15,124 bases of DNA from a virus (Duplodnaviria > Heunggongvirae > Uroviricota > Caudoviricetes): the IMG/VR virus record IMGVR_UViG_2728369181_000009, one strand, 5' to 3'. The notes under the pieces are model-generated. The model was not told the origin of the DNA, ran no database searches, and saw nothing but the letters and a program-made list of their open reading frames with translations. A program made the position numbers and the translations under genes. Below are positions 7,778 through 14,368 of the stretch, piece after piece (within the stretch, counting starts at the first letter, position 1; each line of letters begins with the position of its first letter).

Positions 7778-8064
7778 TTCTTACCTCCCGCAACCAACAT
7801 TGCCCGGATTTTTTTAATATTCGTGGCTGCACGTCTCGCCACTGCCTGTTGTTTGTTTTCCACCAGAATAAAATCACGCTCAAACTGACGGCGCGGCATT
7901 ACGCAGTCATATTCGTAAGCCTCACGGCGGTAGGTGATATTGCCTGGCGTAACGTGACGAATAACCACCCGTCCCCCGCGTCTGGTGTCCCGGAAAATAT
8001 CACCGGGGCGGATTTCAGGCCGAGAGAGGCCGCTGGCAGTAAAGCCAGAATTTTTCTTTTTCAT
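7774..8064 (-). CDS. Hypothetical small protein, 96 aa
   Basis: ORF translationally coupled to the primase gene; basic and protein-like. No family recognised. Confidence 0.45.
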   Translation of the reverse strand: MKKKNSGFTASGLSRPEIRPGDIFRDTRRGGRVVIRHVTPGNITYRREAYEYDCVMPRRQFERDFILVENKQQAVARRAATNIKKIRAMLVAGGKK

Positions 8065-8068
8065 GGTT

Positions 8069-8269
8069 TTATTTTCCTGTCAGCAGTTCCGGTTTTATTT
8101 CCGCACGAATACAAAGTTCAGAAAAAAATTCAGGAGAACCAACAATCTCATTACTTTTCAGTCGGCATTGTGATTTCACTTTCCCTTTATCCAGGTAAAC
8201 CAGCACGCGTCCGGTGAAATCATCTGGCACATTAAGCACTACGGGTACATGCGCTTCATGATTATGCAT
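8069..8269 (-). CDS. Hypothetical small protein, 66 aa
   Basis: ATG with GGAGG RBS; start overlaps the upstream stop (ATGCATAA). Confidence 0.45.
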   Translation of the reverse strand: MHNHEAHVPVVLNVPDDFTGRVLVYLDKGKVKSQCRLKSNEIVGSPEFFSELCIRAEIKPELLTGK

Positions 8270-8495
8270 GGCTTACATCCTCCAGAGATTTTCTTCTGTA
8301 ACGCGTCTCTGCCACATATTCAGCATAGTCCGACGCAATACTAAGAATCATTTCACCCTCTGACTTGTAGCCACTGGTATTGATAAGAAAATATGCAGCT
8401 TTCATCATGTCAGCAATGCTCAACAATGCGCCCGATGTATCTTCCGGTGCGCCATCAAACTCCTGTTTCAGGGAATTAAAACGATCATCACGCAT
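8262..8495 (-). CDS. Hypothetical small protein, 77 aa
   Basis: 8 bp start/stop overlaps with both neighbours; protein-like composition. Confidence 0.45.
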   Translation of the reverse strand: MRDDRFNSLKQEFDGAPEDTSGALLSIADMMKAAYFLINTSGYKSEGEMILSIASDYAEYVAETRYRRKSLEDVSHA

Positions 8496-8871
8496 GTTTA
8501 CCCCCCTGAATGACCTGATAACCGCAACTGGTCAGCAATTCGATAAATTCCGGCAGTGTGCCGAAACAGCAATCATCACGCAGACGTTCGCAGGATACTT
8601 CAACGCCGTTTTCGTAGTGACTCACCATACACCCGGTAAAATGCAGATCATCATCGTGATGGCACGTTGACGGCTTAATCAGTCGCGCACGTTCCGCCAG
8701 CTCCAGCAATGCTTCAACGCTTCCGGCAATTGCACCATCCGGCAGGTGATAATTACTTACCACGCGTCCATTCTCCACGTTGACCAGTAGCTGCCCGGAA
8801 AATATCTCGTCAAACTGAATGCTGTTAAGGTCAGAAATTGACAGGTTATGCATGGTGCACCTCCTGTACAT
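8488..8871 (-). CDS. Hypothetical protein, 121-127 aa
   Basis: ORF in the coupled operon; alternative start at 8853 (MHNLSISD...). No family recognised. Confidence 0.45.
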   Translation of the reverse strand: MYRRCTMHNLSISDLNSIQFDEIFSGQLLVNVENGRVVSNYHLPDGAIAGSVEALLELAERARLIKPSTCHHDDDLHFTGCMVSHYENGVEVSCERLRDDCCFGTLPEFIELLTSCGYQVIQGGKHA

Positions 8872-9070
8872 CAGCCATGATAATTTTTCCGGCCTTATCC
8901 AGTGCCTGATCGGCTTTCAGCTGCACAAATGCTAAATAATGGGAGATGCATTCTGATTCTCTGGCTGCGTGTTTATGCGCCACACCAGCGATAGCAGAAA
9001 TCTCAATAAGTGAATCCATCAGCGTTTTGATAGCGTCTACCGCTGCATCAGGCCATGTTGCATTACACAT
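8846..9070 (-). CDS. Hypothetical small protein, 74 aa
   Basis: ORF in the coupled operon, overlapping its upstream neighbour by 8 bp. Confidence 0.4.
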   Translation of the reverse strand: MCNATWPDAAVDAIKTLMDSLIEISAIAGVAHKHAARESECISHYLAFVQLKADQALDKAGKIIMADVQEVHHA

Positions 9071-9428
9071 GCTCCACCTCCTGGCGAATACGGGCAGCGA
9101 ATACCATCACGCAGCCATCAGGAGATTGCTGGCGTGCTTCCTGTTCGCTGGTGGCCTCGATGTGAATCACGCGCGGTTGTGCCGTACTCAGGGCGATAAA
9201 ACGCCAGATAAAATTGTTTTCGCATTTCTGAATAAACAGCGTGTTTTCTTCGCGCCCTTTCCATGTTGCCGAGATATAGCCCATGTCATTGAGCATCTCG
9301 CAGGCATCAACCAGCGTATCGGCGGCTACGTGTACAGTGTTTTTACCGTCAGCAATGCAATCACGGTGCACCGCCAGGAAGGTGTATATAAATTTAGGGT
9401 GAGTTTGGGTATGCTGTGTTCCAGCCAT
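9063..9428 (-). CDS. Hypothetical protein, 121 aa; first gene of the leftward early operon
   Basis: Internal ATG at 9428 (MAGTQHTQTHPKF...) with GAGG RBS 7 nt upstream. This is the protein-like C-terminal segment of the artefactual 528 aa ORF and sits directly downstream of the palindromic operator. Confidence 0.5.
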   Translation of the reverse strand: MAGTQHTQTHPKFIYTFLAVHRDCIADGKNTVHVAADTLVDACEMLNDMGYISATWKGREENTLFIQKCENNFIWRFIALSTAQPRVIHIEATSEQEARQQSPDGCVMVFAARIRQEVEHV

Positions 9429-9494
9429 AATCGTTACCTCGTTTAACGGTTTGGTTAGACGCCCTGCATGTGTGCCACCACTGCGGGGCGTTGC

Positions 9495-9527
9495 TGTATA
9501 TACACCACAACAATTGGTGTATATACA
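9495..9527. promoter_or_regulatory. Perfect 13 bp inverted repeat operator (TGTATATACACCA, 7 bp spacer, TGGTGTATATACA) in the divergent control region
   Basis: Read directly from the sequence. Related half-sites ACACC-TTTT-GGTGT (9570-9583) and palindrome GTGTACAC (9587-9594) follow. Lies between the divergent starts at 9428 (-) and 9619 (+). Confidence 0.6.
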
Positions 9528-9618
9528 AATTAAATTTAAGTGTGCTACAGTGTCAAGTGTTTTATCAACACACCTTTTGGTGTAATGTGTACACACCTCA
9601 AAATAACCGGACATTCTG

Positions 9619-9924
9619 ATGGCAACAGGAAACATCAACAGCAGATCGCAAATGAAAAATATCCGCTTCCCCCATGATGTAATCGAGGAAATGGAAAATT
9701 CGAAAACGGAAGGGGAAACAATAGCCGCTTTCGTGATTACAGCCGTTCGCGGTGAAATCGCCCGCCGCCAGGCAGAAGGAAGCGGAGAAAATCCCCTGGT
9801 TTCTTCGCTCGATGCCCTAGCGCAGGTGGAAAAAATCGGAGTCAAAGCTGCCGAGGAAATCGGGCAACTCGTCACCGTCGCGCGTGAAGAACTCCAGCGG
9901 CGCAAAGCTAAAGAGCAGGAATAA
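9619..9924 (+). CDS. Ribbon-helix-helix (Arc/Mnt/CopG-like) DNA-binding protein, 90-101 aa; candidate island repressor
   Basis: From the second ATG (9652): MKNIRFPHDVIEEMENSKTEGETIAAFVITAVRGEI fits the RHH pattern (beta strand, helix A, G-x-T turn, helix B), followed by a charged helical tail. One of only two plus-strand genes in the island, divergent from the early operon. No strong SD at either start. Confidence 0.55.
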   Translation: MATGNINSRSQMKNIRFPHDVIEEMENSKTEGETIAAFVITAVRGEIARRQAEGSGENPLVSSLDALAQVEKIGVKAAEEIGQLVTVAREELQRRKAKEQE

Positions 9925-9933
9925 CCACTATAG

Positions 9934-10182
9934 GTGCCGTGGTGTGAGGAACTACGGTGCATTATTTTACAGGGCAGCGCCATGACCAACAAAGAATCAA
10001 CCAATACACCATCACCGGCACGGAAAAAACAGCGCAGAAAGATAGCGTACGAGCATGAGTCAGACAGATTCGCGCCCTGTGCGTTTGTCCTTGAGAAATT
10101 CCTTAAAGAGTACAGGTGCACAAAAATGGGGTCGCATACCTGGAAAACATCGCGGCATGGCAATGTTAAAGAGCAGGAATAG
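9934..10182 (+). CDS. Small basic protein, 66-82 aa, co-oriented with the RHH gene
   Basis: ORF with GTG at 9934 or ATG at 9982; ends in KEQE-stop on the same 15 bp sequence as the RHH gene. Coding status is moderate. Confidence 0.35.
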   Translation: MPWCEELRCIILQGSAMTNKESTNTPSPARKKQRRKIAYEHESDRFAPCAFVLEKFLKEYRCTKMGSHTWKTSRHGNVKEQE

Positions 10183-10649
10183 CCCACCAGCAAGCCAGCA
10201 TATTCACCATAATGACCCTCAGTTAAACATAGAGTCATTGGTGCAAAGCTGACACATTGCCCACCAGCCGCAAATCTGGCATTGTTGGCGATGCGTTCAA
10301 GTATGTAGCTTTCCCACTGGCGGCCCTCTGCGGTCGCCTTTGTTTTATCCAGAACGAAATCAGACATCAGATTGATCAGCACCTGGCGACCTGACAAAAT
10401 CGCATCAGTCGCGCCACCAGCAAAATTTTTTGCTTTCCGGACAGTGTGACCAACGACATTTTGCAGCAAAATATTCTGCATTTCTGGCGTGCTGTAGTAA
10501 CGGTGATCAGCGCCTTCACTCTGTGCGACCACAACGCTATAATCTGCCTCGTAGACAGTAAGCAATATGGCGCAGTAGGCTATTCGTTCACAAAGGCGCT
10601 CCGGCAACGGGGCGCTTTCTCTTTTTGTAACGGTCAGAGCGTTACACAT
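10183..10649 (-). CDS. Hypothetical protein (about 150 aa protein-like segment) with no in-frame stop before running antisense into the RHH module
   Basis: ATG at 10649 overlaps the AntA-like stop by 8 bp and the first ~150 codons look protein-like. The frame then stays open through the antisense of 9619..10182 (Cys/Ser/Arg-rich junk) to 9063. The 3' end is undefined; a disrupted gene or artefact is possible. Confidence 0.3.
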
Positions 10650-11442
10650 GGCTGTTTTCCTCCATGCGACGGGCTAACCAACGTTGCGAAAGACGAATTA
10701 ATTCAGCTTTCCGCTGGTGGTAGTCCTGGCCTAACTCAATCAGCGTGATATTGCTCTGCTCAAGGTAAGAAAGGTGCTCAAGCTGCAACGTGCTCATGTG
10801 GTCGCGTGGTTCGCCTGTGATGCCGTTCGCCTGCGCCCACTGTTTTGCAGTCATGCCACCCAGCACGATACGCGCCAGCATATTGGCTTCCGTGGTGTAG
10901 TGGTGCTGTAGAGTGTTTTTACCCAGTTCAGCCCGGTACGCCTCCAGCGCGGCGCACATCGGCTTAAAGTAGCTGGCAACGGTGATACGGGCTTTCAGTT
11001 CCCGGCGTAACGCTGCGGAACGCACTGGCGCTACCTTGTGTAGCTCCTCCTCGCATTTGATGAAGTACTGGCGAACGGCGCGGCCCTGTTCGGTGCGTTC
11101 GACCATCGCCAGTTCTTTCGCCATGTTCACGGTAATGATGTACTCAAGAGCTGTTTGCTGGCGAGATTTTGCGCTCACCGGATCGGGTCGGCTCAAATAT
11201 TCAACAACCTCATAATCCACGCTTTCCGTGAAGCCGTATTCTTCAATGCGCCCCTTGATCCACGAACGGAAAACGCGCCCTACACCTAACGCCTTATGCA
11301 ACGCTCTGGCGCTAACAATATTGGTTTCACGCCTGCCAATAACGCCAGAAATAACCGGGATAATTTCGCCGAAATTTTGTTGGCTCTGGTTTTCAGGCCG
11401 AACGAAGCCCTGCCCCTGTACGGGCGTTTTTCGCAGTTTCAT
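10642..11442 (-). CDS. AntA-domain phage antirepressor-like protein, 266 aa
   Basis: Segment ISARALHKALGVGRVFRSWIKGRIEEYGFTESVDYEVV matches the AntA/AntB N-terminal domain signature. AGGAG RBS 6 nt upstream of the ATG. Confidence 0.6.
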   Translation of the reverse strand: MKLRKTPVQGQGFVRPENQSQQNFGEIIPVISGVIGRRETNIVSARALHKALGVGRVFRSWIKGRIEEYGFTESVDYEVVEYLSRPDPVSAKSRQQTALEYIITVNMAKELAMVERTEQGRAVRQYFIKCEEELHKVAPVRSAALRRELKARITVASYFKPMCAALEAYRAELGKNTLQHHYTTEANMLARIVLGGMTAKQWAQANGITGEPRDHMSTLQLEHLSYLEQSNITLIELGQDYHQRKAELIRLSQRWLARRMEENSHV

Positions 11443-11519
11443 AAAAACTCCTGCTATCGAATTAAGTTACTTTTATTTGCTGGTGGATAGCTGGTGGCAA
11501 TAGCCCCGTAGCCATTTAA

Positions 11520-11717
11520 TCAGGTAGCTGTTCCGCGTGATTCCGCAATACGCTGATTAATCCACTCGTCAATTTCACTCTCAACGAAAGCAATAGCTCG
11601 CGAGCCAATTTTAACTGATGCAGGAAATTTACCTTGCCCCATAAGGCGATAAATCCATGCCTTGCTATATCCAGTTCTACGCTGAACTTCTGTTAAACGA
11701 ATAAGCGTATTTGACAT
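11520..11717 (-). CDS. alpA: AlpA-family transcriptional regulator / excisionase-like, 65 aa
   Basis: IRLTEVQRRTGYSKAWIYRLMGQGKFPASVKIGSRAIAFVESEIDEWINQR has the AlpA/MerR-type HTH pattern of CP4-57 AlpA. GAGGT RBS. Placed downstream of a P4-type int gene. Confidence 0.85.
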   Translation of the reverse strand: MSNTLIRLTEVQRRTGYSKAWIYRLMGQGKFPASVKIGSRAIAFVESEIDEWINQRIAESRGTAT

Positions 11718-11786
11718 ATATTTACCTCATAACGTCTACTCAATTTGACGAGGTAATCCTGGCACAGAAATAACGAATATTTTCAT

Positions 11787-11896
11787 ACCCTCAGGCCTAA
11801 TGGTTACCGGAAGGAAATTAACCCTAAGGGTGATGGTAAAATTGACGGGGAAGATAAAAAAATACCCTCAGGGTAACAGTAAATCACCCTCAGGGT
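11787..11896. promoter_or_regulatory. Four copies of near-palindromic ACCCT(C/A)AGG(G/C)(T/C) in the alpA upstream region
   Basis: ACCCTCAGGCC at 11787-11797, ACCCTAAGGGT at 11821-11831, ACCCTCAGGGT at 11864-11874 and 11886-11896, each followed by a GGTA-containing tail. All lie between the stop of the 265 aa gene and alpA. Confidence 0.55.
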
Positions 11897-11911
11897 ATGC
11901 GGTATGGTGCG

Positions 11912-12709
11912 TTAATCCGGCTTTGCGTTCTTTTGGCTGTTGTCTCGGTTAATAGGGCAGGCAGTCCTCTCTATGAGCGTTGCAAGTGCATTACTTGCCC
12001 CCCACTGCTTAAGCTCCCTGGTTATCGCTTCTTGATTTCCCCTGGTGGCAAAATCATTTTCTGGATCGTAATTGGCCCACTCTCTGTTTCTAATCTCAAT
12101 AGCCTTAGCTAATGGGTCTTTATCCCAGTATTTATATAAGTGTATCGGGCGCTCTTGCTCTAACTGCTCTATCCTTGCCCTTAACTCTGCGTTTTCTTTT
12201 TCCAGCATTGCGATTTGGGATAATAAATCATCCTCTGTACGCAACTCTTTCTTTTCAATATCGCGTCCTTGTGCCTCGTCATTTTCAGAAGAGTTAGCGC
12301 CTTCCAGCTTCGTTAACGCGTCAAGGACATCGGGAAAAATTGCGAAAATTTCACCCCTTATAAATCCAATGTTCTCAAATTCGGGATCTTCCCAATAACC
12401 GGACACCAGAAAACCATTTTCATCCCTCTCACCAGGTAAACAACCACGTTTCCGAACCGCATTCAGATTTCTATAAAGAACATCATAATCAAATTCATCC
12501 CGATACGGGTTACAAAAAGATTCCAACAGCTTAAATTCATTTACTGTGTACAGGCGGATATGTTCTCCGCTTATTCTCCTGAGTATCCAAGTTATGACAT
12601 CTGAAACATCATAATCATCACCAGCGACCTTAAGCACGACCTCAAGAAATTCACGTAAAGAAATAAAATCTTTTTTGTATTCGTTTAATTCGGCATGAAT
12701 ATCAATCAT
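11912..12709 (-). CDS. Hypothetical acidic protein with central coiled coil, about 265 aa; accessory gene between int and alpA
   Basis: ATG at 12709 with GAGGTG RBS 6 nt upstream (the track ORF starts two codons earlier at GTG 12715). Asp/Glu-rich, with a heptad-like segment LLSQIAMLEKENAELRARIEQLEQER. No catalytic motif seen. Confidence 0.55.
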   Translation of the reverse strand: MIDIHAELNEYKKDFISLREFLEVVLKVAGDDYDVSDVITWILRRISGEHIRLYTVNEFKLLESFCNPYRDEFDYDVLYRNLNAVRKRGCLPGERDENGFLVSGYWEDPEFENIGFIRGEIFAIFPDVLDALTKLEGANSSENDEAQGRDIEKKELRTEDDLLSQIAMLEKENAELRARIEQLEQERPIHLYKYWDKDPLAKAIEIRNREWANYDPENDFATRGNQEAITRELKQWGASNALATLIERTACPINRDNSQKNAKPD

Positions 12710-12837
12710 ACGCACACCTCAGCGTCCTCTACTGTAGTGGCTGTACCAGTCCGTCGAGGTGTACGGATTTTCGGGAGCGACCCTAGACACAGACTTTTCT
12801 TTCGTCGCTCAAAGTCTACTACTGTATACGCAACCAG

Positions 12838-14052
12838 TCATCCACATTTTCCGAACTTGCCATGCACCACGTTACCGCCATGTTCGAGCGAATCCATATA
12901 GTCGGCGTACCACTGTAGCATCTCGCGCCGCCCGTCCAGATATTGCGCATGGTTGTACGTGCCACGAATTGAGTTTTTATCGACGTGCGCGAGCTGCGTT
13001 TCTATCCACGCAGTGTTATAGCCCTGCTCATGCAAAATGGTGCTCATGGTGTGCCGGAATCCATGACCAGTAACGCGCCCGGCATAGCCGATACGACGAA
13101 TGAGCACATTCATCGCCATTTCACTCATTGGCTTACTGTGGCGAATACGACCGGGGAAAATAAACTGATACTGGCCTGTCATGTTTTTTAACTGCTCCAG
13201 TATTTTTATTGCCTGTTCTGGTAATGGCACGCAATGCGGACGGCGCATCTTCATTCGTTCTTTAGGCACTTCCCACAAACGATTATCAAAATCGATCTCC
13301 CGCCATTCTGCCTGCCGTAATTCCCCGGGTCTGACACCTGTCAGAATTAATAACCGCATTGCCAGTTTGACGATCTGGCTTCCGGTGTACGTATTAAAAA
13401 CGCGAAAAAATTCCGGCAGTTCGTCGGCCTTCAAATAGGCGTAATGCTCTTTTTTATGTGGAGCAAATGCGCTCACCAGGTCAGGGGCTGGATTATATTC
13501 AGCGCGTCCGGTGATGATTGCGTACCGGAACACCTCGCCGCATCGCTGGCGAACCTTACGCAATTTTTCAGTCGCACCACGGTCGTTAAGACGGGAAAGA
13601 ACCGCCAGCAATTCCATCGGCTTAATTTCTGCGATCGGCCTTGCGCCAATGTACGGAAAAACGTCTTTTTCAAACGTCTCGATCATTTCCTCGGCGTATG
13701 ACGATGACCACCTGTCGATCCGCTTTTCGTACCATTCGCGAGCGATACCCTCAAAAGTATTGCCAAATTTGCTCGCCTGTTCTCGCTTTTGGGCTTTTCT
13801 GGCCTCACTTGGATTTATACCACCAATAAGAAGCCTTTTAGCCTCATCCCTTGCAGCCCTGGCATCAGACAGAGACACATCAGGGTACACGCCCAACGAC
13901 AACATTTTGGGCTTTCCTGCAAACCTGTAGCGCAGTCGCCACCCTTTCGAACCGTTCGGCTCAATGAGCAACGAAAGCCCGTTACCGTCATTGAGCGTAT
14001 AAGCCTTTTCTTTCGGCTTCGCACGCCTGATAGCAAGGTCTGAAAGCAGCAT
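12838..14052 (-). CDS. int: P4-family tyrosine integrase, about 404 aa
   Basis: N-terminal LNDGNGLSLLIEPNGSKGWRLRYRF arm-binding-type domain; C-terminal catalytic residues (R in VRPGELRQ, HGFRHT, Y in GTYNHAQY). Adjacent to the tRNA 3' end. The ATG at 14052 (MLLSDLA...) is preferred over the upstream in-frame ATG at 14091. Confidence 0.9.
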   Translation of the reverse strand: MLLSDLAIRRAKPKEKAYTLNDGNGLSLLIEPNGSKGWRLRYRFAGKPKMLSLGVYPDVSLSDARAARDEAKRLLIGGINPSEARKAQKREQASKFGNTFEGIAREWYEKRIDRWSSSYAEEMIETFEKDVFPYIGARPIAEIKPMELLAVLSRLNDRGATEKLRKVRQRCGEVFRYAIITGRAEYNPAPDLVSAFAPHKKEHYAYLKADELPEFFRVFNTYTGSQIVKLAMRLLILTGVRPGELRQAEWREIDFDNRLWEVPKERMKMRRPHCVPLPEQAIKILEQLKNMTGQYQFIFPGRIRHSKPMSEMAMNVLIRRIGYAGRVTGHGFRHTMSTILHEQGYNTAWIETQLAHVDKNSIRGTYNHAQYLDGRREMLQWYADYMDSLEHGGNVVHGKFGKCG

Positions 14053-14127
14053 GTGTATAGCTCCAAAAAATAAATTTTGTCCTATACGCATTACTATACA
14101 CTTCTGTGTGTAGATTCTGGTAGTTGT

Positions 14128-14202
14128 GAGTAGACGTTAATAAACTATGAAAATGGCTGGAAGGCTTGATATTCGTGGGTTTGATGGACTTTAGTAGACG
14201 TT
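14128..14202. promoter_or_regulatory. int promoter / attachment-arm region with two direct copies of AGTAGACGTT
   Basis: GAGTAGACGTT at 14128-14138 and TAGTAGACGTT at 14192-14202. A third copy of AGTAGACGTT lies in inverted orientation at 11731-11740, in the alpA leader. Confidence 0.45.
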
Positions 14203-14216
14203 GAGAAATGTTTGTT

Positions 14217-14290
14217 TGGAGCGGGCGAAGGGAATCGAACCCTCGTATAGAGCTTGGGAAGCTCTCGTTCTACCATTGAACTACGCCCGC
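14217..14290 (-). tRNA. glyU: tRNA-Gly (anticodon CCC)
   Basis: Reverse complement reads GCGGGCGTAGTTCAATGGTAGAACGAGAGCTTCCCAAGCTCTATACGAGGGTTCGATTCCCTTCGCCCGCTCCA, 74 nt, with cloverleaf, CCC anticodon in loop CTTCCCAAG, and encoded CCA. Confidence 0.95.
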
Positions 14291-14307
14291 TTCGAGATGC
14301 GTAAGGC

Positions 14308-14337
14308 ATTATAAACCTTACGCTCTCCTTAGCAAGT
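14308..14337 (-). promoter_or_regulatory. Candidate sigma70 promoter of glyU
   Basis: On the minus strand: TTGCTA, about 17 bp spacer, TATAAT ending roughly 17 nt upstream of the mature tRNA 5' end. Confidence 0.4.
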
Positions 14338-14368
14338 ACCACGCTGCTGACTGCTGATTAATTCGCCA

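Noticed and set aside
9063-10649. 528 aa minus-strand ORF as a single protein
   Set aside because: Its middle third is the antisense shadow of the plus-strand RHH module and has junk-like Cys/Ser/Arg-rich composition. Only the C-terminal 121 aa segment (9063-9428) and possibly the N-terminal ~150 aa look like real coding sequence.
12822-12837. LexA (SOS) box CTGT-N8-CCAG between int and the 265 aa gene
   Set aside because: One mismatch in the essential ACAG half-site and no second copy; too weak to call.
14145-14342. 65 aa minus-strand ORF
   Set aside because: It overlaps the tRNA-Gly gene and its promoter.
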